From a virus, in the IMG/VR virus record IMGVR_UViG_3300037478_000708, positions 64,001 to 128,000 of that record: a stretch of 64,000 nt of DNA, one strand, 5' to 3'. Both the position numbers and the translations under genes were made by a program. Numbering within the stretch: position 1 is the stretch's first letter; the number at the start of each line of letters is the position of its first letter. Shown here in pieces: positions 45,540 through 53,859 of this stretch. The notes beneath the pieces are model-generated. The model was not told the origin of the DNA, ran no database searches, and saw only the letters and a list, made by a program, of their open reading frames with translations.

Positions 45540-47017
45540 ACACGACCTACGAAGAGGCGGGGGTCATTCCCTCCATCAGCATCGATGCGCTCCTGGCCGC
45601 CCGAGACGGCGCGCACGCGGCGTTCCTCGAGGCCAAGCGGTTGCTCGACGCCGCTGCCGAGCGTCTCCAGGCGTTCGGTGTTCGGCTTCCCGACGTCGAG
45701 GTCGAGTTCCCGGGGAACACGTACCGCTCGCTGCGTGACGAGCGCTACGCGGAGCCGATCGCGAACGAGATCGACCGATTCGTCTGGCTGCAGCTCTTCA
45801 AGCTGACGAACATCGATACGATCATGGACCACAAGACGCGCAACGAGCTGTTCGAGCGGCTCCACCGTTCGCGCGCGTACCTGTCCGATCAAGACGACGC
45901 GCTGCCGCCGCTCACGAAAGAGAACATCGAAGCGACCTTCGCGGCCGTGCACGCGCAGCAAGGCGAGTTCTTCGAGAAGTGCGTCGAATCCGTCTACAAC
46001 TCGCTGAGCTGGGATCACAAGACCAACGAGCCCGCGAAGATCGGCGACAAGCTCATCGTCAACGGGGCCTTCTACCAGTGGTCGCGCGCTCTGCAAGGGA
46101 ACACGGTCTCGCTGAACAATCACGAGAGCCTGCACGACCTCGAGCGCGTCCTGTGCATCCTCGACGGGCAAGCTCCGCCGACGCACGGTACGGGCCTGCG
46201 CGCGCTTCAGCGGATCCCCTACGGACAGTGGGTCGAGGTGCCGAGTCCCAGCGGCGGCGCTCCGCTGCTTCAGGTCAAGTGCTTCCGCAAGGGCACGACG
46301 CACGTTCGGATCCTGAACACGCGGCATGTCGACGCCATGAACAGGATCATGGCGCACCGGCACCCTGGCGCGATCCCGGAGCCGGCCGAGTCGAAGGCTT
46401 CACGCCGTCGCGGCGAGGCTCAGCGGCCCGTGGCTTCGACGGCCGTCGCGAAGAGCGAGAAGGCCGCGCGTCAGGCGTTCTACACGCCCGAAGACCTCGC
46501 GGCCGAGCTGGTCGAAGCGGCCGGCGTGGGTCGCGGAGATCGCGTGCTCGAGCCCTCGGCCGGTGAGGGCGCGATCGTCCGCGCGGCATTGCGCCGTGGT
46601 GCCGCGCACGTGACGGCCGTCGAGAACGACCCTCGCGCCGTTGAGCTGCTCGGCTACCTCGCGGAACGCGTGGCCAAACGCGGCCATAACGCGGTGCGCG
46701 TCATCGGGTGCGACTTCTTCGACTTCAAGATCCGGACGCTGGAGGACCGCTTCGACGCCGTGGTCATGAACCCTCCGTTCGCCAACGCGCAGGAGGTCGA
46801 GCACGTTCTCCGTGCCTGGACCTACGTGAAGCCCGGAGGCCGGCTCGTGTCGGTCATGTCGGCTGCCGCGGCGAGTCGTCAGACCGGCCGCTATGGGGCT
46901 CTCGCCGCGTTCCTCGAGAAGCATGGCGCAGAGATCCGACCGCTCGCTCCGGGCGCGTTCAAGGACGCCGGAACGGACGTCAACACCGTCATGGTCATCG
47001 TCGAGAAGCCGGCATGA
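45536..47017 (+). CDS. DUF4942-like domain fused to an amino-DNA methyltransferase
   Basis: LSWDHKTN.P.KIG.K.I, L.DLERV...LDG, +CF+KG..H; then FYTP, VLEPSAGEG, MNPPF, KPGGRLV. Confidence 0.88.
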   Translation: MNTTYEEAGVIPSISIDALLAARDGAHAAFLEAKRLLDAAAERLQAFGVRLPDVEVEFPGNTYRSLRDERYAEPIANEIDRFVWLQLFKLTNIDTIMDHKTRNELFERLHRSRAYLSDQDDALPPLTKENIEATFAAVHAQQGEFFEKCVESVYNSLSWDHKTNEPAKIGDKLIVNGAFYQWSRALQGNTVSLNNHESLHDLERVLCILDGQAPPTHGTGLRALQRIPYGQWVEVPSPSGGAPLLQVKCFRKGTTHVRILNTRHVDAMNRIMAHRHPGAIPEPAESKASRRRGEAQRPVASTAVAKSEKAARQAFYTPEDLAAELVEAAGVGRGDRVLEPSAGEGAIVRAALRRGAAHVTAVENDPRAVELLGYLAERVAKRGHNAVRVIGCDFFDFKIRTLEDRFDAVVMNPPFANAQEVEHVLRAWTYVKPGGRLVSVMSAAAASRQTGRYGALAAFLEKHGAEIRPLAPGAFKDAGTDVNTVMVIVEKPA

Positions 47018-47253
47018 GTCGCTACACGGGTGCGGGCAGCTACGGTCACCGCGTCAGGTCCACGGCATACCCTGATGAGTTCGTGATTCGCTGGACGTAT
47101 GACCGCTACTACAGCGGGAGCCGCTTGCGCTTCCCGCAATGTCGCGAGAGGTGGACGGACCGCAAGGGAGCGCTGCGCTTCGCGAAGAAGTGGGGTCTTC
47201 GCGGAAAGGACTCCGGCGGCCTGATCCCCGAGAAAGCCGGGCGCCTGACATGA
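47014..47253 (+). CDS. Small hypothetical protein
   Basis: ATGA coupling; GSRLRFP...A.RFAKKWG. Confidence 0.6.
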   Translation: MSRYTGAGSYGHRVRSTAYPDEFVIRWTYDRYYSGSRLRFPQCRERWTDRKGALRFAKKWGLRGKDSGGLIPEKAGRLT

Positions 47254-47633
47254 ACGTCTCCGAAGCGATCGCGATCGTCAGCCGGCTCACCTACAAGCCG
47301 GGCTGGTCGCTCCAGGCGTACCCCGAGCCGCACACCGGCGGTCTGATCCTTCGCTTCGGGAAAGACGAGCCTGACAGCGAGAAGGGCGGCGACGCCGTGC
47401 GTCCGCTCATGTACACGACGCAGATCCCGAAGCAGCGCCTTGATGACTTCTCGCGAGATCTCTTCTTGCGGACCGTCTTCGCTACCGTGACCGCGCGGGA
47501 GCTGCACGAGGTCGAGGAGTGGCTCCGCCTGGATGGGGAGCCGCTCTTCGAGCCGCATCCGGAGACGGGGCACCGTGGCGTCTTGGGGGACGGCACGAGC
47601 CTCGTGCCCGTTCTTCGACATTTCCTCAAGTGA
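47250..47633 (+). CDS. Hypothetical protein
   Basis: YKPGW, ELHE..EW.R.DG...F.PH motif of small phage proteins. Confidence 0.65.
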   Translation: MNVSEAIAIVSRLTYKPGWSLQAYPEPHTGGLILRFGKDEPDSEKGGDAVRPLMYTTQIPKQRLDDFSRDLFLRTVFATVTARELHEVEEWLRLDGEPLFEPHPETGHRGVLGDGTSLVPVLRHFLK

Positions 47634-47654
47634 CGCGCGGTCGCATGCCGATGA
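47625..47654 (+). promoter_or_regulatory. sigma28-like promoter P7
   Basis: CTCAAG-N16-GCCGATGA. Confidence 0.8.
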
Positions 47655-47675
47655 CGTCTGTGGAGGCAACATCCC

Positions 47676-48122
47676 ATGCAGATCGAGATCCCGACCAACA
47701 GCAACGTCTTCCGTCACCTTCGCGACGGGGTGGCCGAAACTCCGGCCCTCACGCTCCCGAAGGCGACCATCTACCTGCCGAACGAGTTCTTCGGCAACTG
47801 GGTTCGCGTCGAGGTGCGCAACCTCGTCGTCTACCAGGCGCAGTACGCGCAGTACCCCTCGGCGTTGCACGTGACGTACGTGCCCAAGGGCAAGCGCAAG
47901 GCGCGCTCGCGGACCTTCGGTGCCTACCCGCGTCTCGTCGTCTACGAAGGCTGGGGAGCCGGTCCGGAGCCCGAGAGCATGCTCGGCGAGCTGCGGCAGG
48001 AGGGCTCCGTCACCGTGCGGTCCTCCCGGCGCGCTTCCTGCGATGCCGGCTGGGACGTGGAGATGCGGCGGCGCGTCGAGGCCGCGGAAGGTCGGCCGGT
48101 CTTCTCGGTGTTCGTGAGCTGA
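47676..48122 (+). CDS. Hypothetical protein
   Basis: RBS GGAGG; YAQY..A....Y.PKGKRK.R motif. Confidence 0.7.
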   Translation: MQIEIPTNSNVFRHLRDGVAETPALTLPKATIYLPNEFFGNWVRVEVRNLVVYQAQYAQYPSALHVTYVPKGKRKARSRTFGAYPRLVVYEGWGAGPEPESMLGELRQEGSVTVRSSRRASCDAGWDVEMRRRVEAAEGRPVFSVFVS

Positions 48123-48155
48123 GCCCCGATGACGGGACGCTCGGAAGAAAAGGCC

Positions 48156-48185
48156 CTAAAGGTCCGACCGCCGTTCGGTCGATGA
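48156..48185 (+). promoter_or_regulatory. sigma28-like promoter P8
   Basis: CTAAAG-N16-GTCGATGA. Confidence 0.8.
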
Positions 48186-48207
48186 GGGAGTATTAGGAGG
48201 CAACGTC

Positions 48208-48798
48208 ATGAGAGTCATCGAAGTCATCCCCGCGCGCCGTTGGCGCAACGTCGTGAACGGCCGCGCCGTGAGCATCTACGGCTGCGTGCCGTGGACGAGC
48301 GACGCCGAGAAGGCCGACTGGACCCTGGAGACGTCCGGTTGGACCTGGCGCAACGACAACGGAACCGTCGGTCTCAGCCGGCCGCCCGCGAAGACGCGCG
48401 AAGAGGCCGAGCAGATCATGCGGACGTTCAACAACCTCGGAGTCGAGTCGGGAGACGGCGTGAAGAAGAGCATGAAGAAGCGACTGACGCCGCAGGAGTC
48501 CGCGAAGCGCCTTCGCAGTCGCCTCAAGAAGAGCTTCCCCGGCGTGAAGTTCTCGGTCCGTCTCTCGCGAGGCACGGCCTACGGCAACGTGAGCGTGCGC
48601 TGGTCGGAAGGCCCGCCCTTCTACGAAGACGTCGCGAAGGTCGCGCTGCCCTACGAGGGCAAGAGCTTCGACGCGATGACGGACTCGACGTCGCACCACG
48701 AGCGACCGATCGGAACGGAGGACGGAACGGTCCTGCTCTCCGGGCTCGGCTACGTGCTCCTCCACGGCCCCTGGCGAGCGGCGGGAGTGCAGCCGTGA
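48208..48798 (+). CDS. Protein with C-terminal LPD29-like domain
   Basis: AK.LR..LKK.FPGVKFSVR...V.W..GP...Y.G..FD.M.D. Confidence 0.75.
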   Translation: MRVIEVIPARRWRNVVNGRAVSIYGCVPWTSDAEKADWTLETSGWTWRNDNGTVGLSRPPAKTREEAEQIMRTFNNLGVESGDGVKKSMKKRLTPQESAKRLRSRLKKSFPGVKFSVRLSRGTAYGNVSVRWSEGPPFYEDVAKVALPYEGKSFDAMTDSTSHHERPIGTEDGTVLLSGLGYVLLHGPWRAAGVQP

Positions 48799-49187
48799 GC
48801 AAGCCTCTGATCCACGACGAGCAGGGGCTCCGTGGCGCGACCGTGAACGGCTACAAGGTCCGCGTCTGGGACGACGGCTCAGGTCCCCTGTGGGTCCTGC
48901 TGGAGACGCTAGGCGTCACCGGCATCGTGCGTGCGGAGACCTTGGAGAAAGCCTTCGTCTGCGCCGTGGATGAGATCATGGACGACGCAGATGAGTCCGA
49001 CCCCGACAACCGCCCCGATGAGCACGGCAACCTTCCCGAGGGCCTGCACTACCGCGGGAGCGGCGTCCCCAGCCAAGAAGGGCTGGAGAGCCCTGTGGCG
49101 CAGGAGGACGTGAACGGCAGCCGCCTGGAGCGTCTGACGCCTGAGCTGGCCGAGGAGCTGCGCGTAGAGGTCGTGCTCTCCACGTGA
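48795..49187 (+). CDS. Acidic hypothetical protein
   Basis: GTGA coupling; DDG.GPLW...GIVRA motif. Confidence 0.6.
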   Translation: MSKPLIHDEQGLRGATVNGYKVRVWDDGSGPLWVLLETLGVTGIVRAETLEKAFVCAVDEIMDDADESDPDNRPDEHGNLPEGLHYRGSGVPSQEGLESPVAQEDVNGSRLERLTPELAEELRVEVVLST

Positions 49188-49212
49188 TACGCTGACCTCG
49201 TTGGGTGGAAGC

Positions 49213-49233
49213 CCGGTGACAGCGTGTCACTGG
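49213..49233 (-). repeat. Dispersed palindrome copy 5
   Basis: CCGGTGACAGCGTGTCACTGG, intergenic before P9 and the GGDEF gene. Confidence 0.95.
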
Positions 49234-49337
49234 ACATTGCGTGTGCATCGGGGCAACGCGGTCTCGTCAGCCGCGCTTGCCGATTCTCCTGAGTGACGAG
49301 CGACCCCTGGAGTCCTGTTCTCCAGGGGTCGTTTTCG

Positions 49338-49367
49338 CTTCAGTCCCGTTGCCGCCCTGGTCGATGA
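49338..49367 (+). promoter_or_regulatory. sigma28-like promoter P9 (likely leaderless GGDEF transcript)
   Basis: CTTCAG-N16-GTCGATGA; GTG start 7 nt downstream. Confidence 0.75.
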
Positions 49368-49374
49368 AGGGTCC

Positions 49375-49869
49375 GTGGAAGACCTGACCAGAACCCAACT
49401 GCGGCGCCGCGTGGCGTTCCTCGAAGAGCGCAATCGCCAGCTCGAATTGCTCGTGAACACGGACGGCCTCACGGGGCTCCTGAACCGGCGTGCGTGCGAT
49501 CAGTCGCTCGCGGAGCGTCCCGGGGCGTACGTGATCGCGATCGACCTGAACGGCTTCAAGGCCGCTCAAGACGCGCCTGATCGAGGGCACCCGTGGGGGG
49601 ATGCCCTACTGCGGCGCTTCGCCGACTGGCTGCGCGCGACGACGCGCGAGCACGACTACCTGGCTGCACGGCCGGGCGGGGACGAATTCGTGGTCGTGGC
49701 GAGCGCGGACGCCGCGGGGGCGCAAGCGGTCGCGGAGCGGGTTCAACAATGGGAAGACTCCGGCGTCACCGCTTCGGCCGGGGTGGGCGCGTCCTGGGAC
49801 GCGGCCGACGCAGCGCTCTACCGCGTGAAGGCCGCGCGGAGGTCGAAGAAGGAACGGGTCGCCGCCTAA
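49375..49869 (+). CDS. Stand-alone GGDEF (diguanylate cyclase-like) protein
   Basis: Coiled coil, then TDGLTGLLNRR, DLNGFK, GH..GD.LL, RxxD, R.GGDEF, SAG, AD.ALY..K. Confidence 0.92.
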   Translation: MEDLTRTQLRRRVAFLEERNRQLELLVNTDGLTGLLNRRACDQSLAERPGAYVIAIDLNGFKAAQDAPDRGHPWGDALLRRFADWLRATTREHDYLAARPGGDEFVVVASADAAGAQAVAERVQQWEDSGVTASAGVGASWDAADAALYRVKAARRSKKERVAA

Positions 49870-49948
49870 CGATCCGCTCCTCTCGCTCCGGAAAGGAAAC
49901 CGCAAAGCCCCCTTTCGTCTCCCGGACGGAGGGGGTAGCGTTGATGCC

Positions 49949-50137
49949 ATGACGGAACCTCGTGTTGCGGAGCGCCCCTGTCAGGGACGCTACGAAGATG
50001 GTCGCTGCACGGTTTGCGGACACGCCGATGAGGATGCCGCGTTCGGTGCTGCGTGCCGTCGAAACGAATCCGGGTCACCCCGCGAGTTTCGTCATGTTCT
50101 GGGGGTGGCGGGCGACACCGGCTCGCTGCCCCAATGA
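49949..50137 (+). CDS. Small Cys-rich hypothetical protein
   Basis: 62 aa with CTVCG. Confidence 0.4.
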   Translation: MTEPRVAERPCQGRYEDGRCTVCGHADEDAAFGAACRRNESGSPREFRHVLGVAGDTGSLPQ

Positions 50138-50168
50138 CAACAACCCTGATTCCCTGAGAGGATCCCCC

Positions 50169-50660
50169 ATGCTTCGCGCACTTTCCCACCTCTGTCTGAT
50201 GGCGGCCATGCTCTGCTCGCCGCTGATGCTCCACGCGCAGCTCACGCCCGGCGGCAACGACATCGGCAGCATCCCGGCGGCGGCCCAGAAGGGCACCAAG
50301 AAGACCATTCACCCGGGCGACTGCCACACCAACGGTGACGGCGTGAAGGTCTGCAACGGAGAGGCCAGCTCCGGCAACGCGACCATCGACCCCAAGGATG
50401 GCGACGAAGCGAGCGCTACGACCGTCGATACGAAGAGCGGTTTCCAGGGCAAGATCGAGGGAACCGACAGCAACGACACCGTGAACCTCGGCAGCGGCAA
50501 CAAGGCGACCGTCTCCGGCAGCGGTTCGACGATCAACGTCTCCGGCGGCTCGACGATCACGGTTCAAAACGCAGCGGGCGGTGGCGACATGACCGTCAAC
50601 CTCCCGAGCGGCGATCACGTCTCCGTGCCGGCGGGCTCGTCCGTCGTGGTTCACACCTAG
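50169..50660 (+). CDS. Secreted Gly/Ser/Thr/Asn-rich beta-solenoid-like protein
   Basis: Signal peptide MLRALSHLCLMAAMLCSPLMLHA-Q; repeats TVN.GSG, TIN.SGGS. Confidence 0.75.
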   Translation: MLRALSHLCLMAAMLCSPLMLHAQLTPGGNDIGSIPAAAQKGTKKTIHPGDCHTNGDGVKVCNGEASSGNATIDPKDGDEASATTVDTKSGFQGKIEGTDSNDTVNLGSGNKATVSGSGSTINVSGGSTITVQNAAGGGDMTVNLPSGDHVSVPAGSSVVVHT

Positions 50661-50669
50661 GTCCGAGCC

Positions 50670-51323
50670 ATGAAGACCCTCGCAGTATTGGCCGTCGTGG
50701 TGTCCGTGCTCATCTTCGCGCACTTCGCGCGTCACTCTGCGAGAGAAGCGCAGGAGCACCGGGCGGTGCTCGCGCGCAGTGAGATTCGCGATGCCGAAAG
50801 GGCTCTCATTGAGCCGGCTTCGCAAGAGCCCGTGCGCGAGCCTGCCAGCCTTTCTCCCTCGGCTGCTCTTCCCGAAGAGCATGGCAGTCTCGCGCCTTCT
50901 TCCACCCAAGCGGTGCTTCCGGACGTGTCCGCAGAGTGTCTGGAGCTGCACCGCGAGAACGCGACGCTCAAGAAGCGCGTCGAGTGGCTGGAGGTCGAGT
51001 TGTCGCTGTGCGGATCCGAGGTCACCAAGGGTGCGATCGGCGAGTGGCTCTCGGTGCTGCGCATCGACGAGCGGCCCGACGCCGAGACGTTGCGCACGAT
51101 GGCCTATCTGCTCGCCGAGTATCCGGGCGTGCGCCTGGCGGTCGAGGAGGGGCTGTGGATCGCTGAACGCGTCAAGGCGAAGGATTGGAAGAGCTGGGCG
51201 CCCACGATCGACGAGGCGCTCATCATGATGCTCGGCGCAGATCGCATCGCGCGGGAAGTGCCTCCGACGAAGCTGGAGGAGCTGCGCGAAGACTGGCAGG
51301 ACGAAGGCTACTTCGACCGCTGA
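50670..51323 (+). CDS. Membrane-anchored hypothetical protein
   Basis: N-terminal TM helix, Pro/Ser linker, coiled coil. Confidence 0.7.
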   Translation: MKTLAVLAVVVSVLIFAHFARHSAREAQEHRAVLARSEIRDAERALIEPASQEPVREPASLSPSAALPEEHGSLAPSSTQAVLPDVSAECLELHRENATLKKRVEWLEVELSLCGSEVTKGAIGEWLSVLRIDERPDAETLRTMAYLLAEYPGVRLAVEEGLWIAERVKAKDWKSWAPTIDEALIMMLGADRIAREVPPTKLEELREDWQDEGYFDR

Positions 51324-51416
51324 CGCGACGAACGACAACCGGCCGTTACGAGGGCTGTCGGGAACACGCTTCTCGGCAGCCCTTTTCTTCAACCATCCAC
51401 TGCTACGGGTTCAGCT

Positions 51417-52124
51417 ATGCAACGGAGAAGGGGCAGGTACGCCGCGTGGGAAGATGCGCGCATCACCGAAGAGTTCGCGCGCACGCGCTTGGAGCAGCTC
51501 GCCGACAAGATCGGACGCGAGCCGGAGAAGGTCGAAGCGCGCGCAGCACTCCTCTTCCAGGGTCCGGAGCGCGCCGGCCCGTGGACGCAAGAGGAGGACG
51601 CGCTGCTTCGGGAGTGCGTCGGAGTCGGTGCGCTGCCCCACGTTGCTGTGCGGTTGCGCCGGTCGACGTGGGACGTGCAGGAGCGCCTGCGGGGGTTGCT
51701 CTCAGAGGCGCAGCGGAGTGAGCCGCTCACGCACGCAGAGCGGCAAGTGCTCAAGCGGGTCTACGGGAGCCGCAAGCTCGACGAGCTGCGCGTGATCTTC
51801 GGTCGACGCGGGGAAGTGATCGAGTCGACCGCCGCGCAGATGTACCTCGCGAAGGACAAGGCTTTCGTGCGGAGCATCGGCGGGTCCTCCCGCATGCCGC
51901 GCTGGTCCGACGAGGAAGAGACCTTGCTGCGCAAGTGCTACGCGCAGAGTTCCAATGTTGAACTGGCGTCTCTGCTCGGTCGGTCGGTAAAGTCCATCAT
52001 CGCGAAGGCCAGTTCGATGGGCTTGAAGAAGGGGCCGGAACGGCTGCGCGCGATGGGACAAGAGAACATTAGACTTCGATACAGGAAAAAGACACCGGAT
52101 GTTCACGATCGACGCGGCGCTTGA
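51417..52124 (+). CDS. Multi-repeat Myb/SANT-like HTH DNA-binding protein
   Basis: Four repeats such as PWTQEEDALLRE...LRRS and RWSDEEETLLRK.Y....NVELA.LLGRSV.S. Confidence 0.8.
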   Translation: MQRRRGRYAAWEDARITEEFARTRLEQLADKIGREPEKVEARAALLFQGPERAGPWTQEEDALLRECVGVGALPHVAVRLRRSTWDVQERLRGLLSEAQRSEPLTHAERQVLKRVYGSRKLDELRVIFGRRGEVIESTAAQMYLAKDKAFVRSIGGSSRMPRWSDEEETLLRKCYAQSSNVELASLLGRSVKSIIAKASSMGLKKGPERLRAMGQENIRLRYRKKTPDVHDRRGA

Positions 52125-53859
52125 GGTTCTTCGCGAGCGCTGGGGCTACTCCAGTTTCCGGCCGAGTCAGCGCGAAGCCATGCGCTGCATCGGTGAGGGG
52201 GATGACGTGCTGGCCGTGCTACCCACCGGCACCGGCAAGTCGCTGCTCTTCCAACTCCCCGCGCTCATGGAAGAGGGTGGCACGATCGTCGTGTCGCCCC
52301 TGATCGCGCTGATGAAGGATCAGGTCGACGCCGCGCAGGCGCGCGGCATCCCGGCCGCGTGCATCAACTCCAACATGGACGAGGACGATCAGTGGGACGC
52401 CTTGGAGGGGTTCGTCTCCGGCGCCTACAAGCTGCTCTACATCTCGCCCGAGCGCATCGGCGTGCGTTCGTTCCTGACGGCCGTGCAGCGCGCGGACGTG
52501 TCGATCGTGGCCGTTGACGAGGCGCACTGTTGCTCGCAGTGGGGGCATCAGTTCCGGCCGGAGTACATGCACATCCACCGCCTGATCCGTTCGCTCTCCG
52601 ATGGGGAGACCCGGCCGCAGGTGCTCGCCATGACGGCCACGGCCACGCGTATCGTGGTGGAGGACATCGTGCAGTCCCTCGGCCTCAAGGCCGACGAGGT
52701 GAGCACCCTTGTCGCCGATCCGATTCGGCCGAACCTGAGCTACCTCGTGGAGGACGGGGGCATCGACGGCTACGGGAACGCGTGGAACATCTTCCGCCGG
52801 ATCGTGCGCACCTTCGACGTGCGCGACGGCCGGCACATCGTCTACGTGAACTCACGCGCAGGCGCGGAGAAGCTCGCGGAGGTCTGCGAAGAAGAGCTGT
52901 GGTCGGGGATCGCTGCCCCGTACCACGCGGGGCTCACCGGCGAGAAGCGGACCGCGATTCAGGAGGACTTCACCGATCCGAGCGGTGCGGTCAAGATCGC
53001 GTGCGCGACGACAGCCTTCGGGATGGGCGTCGACGTTCCGAACATCCGGACCGTGGTCCTGTTCGGGTATCCGGGCTCGCTCGAGGACTACGTGCAGCAG
53101 ACCGGCCGCGCCGGCCGCGACGGGCTCCTGTCGAAGACGATCCTCATCGCCGACGAGATGTCCGCCAGCTTCCAGATGCGGATGATCGAGAACGAGAACC
53201 CGCCGCTCCAGTCCTACGTGCTCTTGTGGGACTGGCTCCATGCGCAGCTCCAGCCGGGCGAGACGTTGCGCGCATCGCGCATGTCGATCTCGCAGGCGGT
53301 TTCGCGACAGGGGGTCGCCGCCATGAACCCCGATCAGGTGGGCGTGGTCCTGAACCGCCTGCATTCGGTGGGTCTGATCGAGCGTCGGCCGATTGAGGAG
53401 GGTGTGCCCGTCAAGGTCAAGCTGGACGGCCTCACGGAGGCCCTCGCCAACCCGGGCAAGGCCCGGCCGCAGATCACGCACGTCTGGAGAGCCTTCGCCG
53501 AGAACTGCGTGAAGCCCGCCCAGGCCAAGGCGCCGGCTGAGGATCCGCTGACCGTCTGGATCAACAAGACGGCGCTGAAAGAGGCTTCGGGGCTCAGCCC
53601 GTACTACGTGACGAAGGCGCTGGAGGCGCTCCTCAAGCGGGGGGCCGTCTTGGACATCGGCAAGGCGCAGTCGGGTTACCTCATCAAGATCCTCAAGTGG
53701 CGCGTTCCGCTCGAGGTGGAGCTACCGGTAGGGCGCATCGAGGAGAAGCGCGCACGGGACTTCGCTCGGTTCGACCGCATGCGGACCTTCTCGAGGCTCC
53801 TCGGGGAGGACGAGCGCAAGGACATGCTGCGCCACTACTTCCTTCACGCGACCGAATGA
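52099..53859 (+). CDS. recQ: RecQ-family DNA helicase
   Basis: WGYSSFRP.Q, LPTGTGKSL.FQLPAL, SPLIALMKDQV, DEAHCCSQWGHQFRP.Y, TATAT, YHAGL, TTAFGMGVD, Y.Q..GRAGRDG. Confidence 0.95.
   Translation: MFTIDAALEVLRERWGYSSFRPSQREAMRCIGEGDDVLAVLPTGTGKSLLFQLPALMEEGGTIVVSPLIALMKDQVDAAQARGIPAACINSNMDEDDQWDALEGFVSGAYKLLYISPERIGVRSFLTAVQRADVSIVAVDEAHCCSQWGHQFRPEYMHIHRLIRSLSDGETRPQVLAMTATATRIVVEDIVQSLGLKADEVSTLVADPIRPNLSYLVEDGGIDGYGNAWNIFRRIVRTFDVRDGRHIVYVNSRAGAEKLAEVCEEELWSGIAAPYHAGLTGEKRTAIQEDFTDPSGAVKIACATTAFGMGVDVPNIRTVVLFGYPGSLEDYVQQTGRAGRDGLLSKTILIADEMSASFQMRMIENENPPLQSYVLLWDWLHAQLQPGETLRASRMSISQAVSRQGVAAMNPDQVGVVLNRLHSVGLIERRPIEEGVPVKVKLDGLTEALANPGKARPQITHVWRAFAENCVKPAQAKAPAEDPLTVWINKTALKEASGLSPYYVTKALEALLKRGAVLDIGKAQSGYLIKILKWRVPLEVELPVGRIEEKRARDFARFDRMRTFSRLLGEDERKDMLRHYFLHATE

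Noticed and set aside
49902-49932. Tenth sigma28-like promoter (GCAAAG...GACGGAGG); also CTCAAG near 36740(-) and GTCAAG near 35585
   Set aside because: The spacer is 17 nt with a poor -10 element, or there is no matching -10 at 16 nt, so these were not counted.
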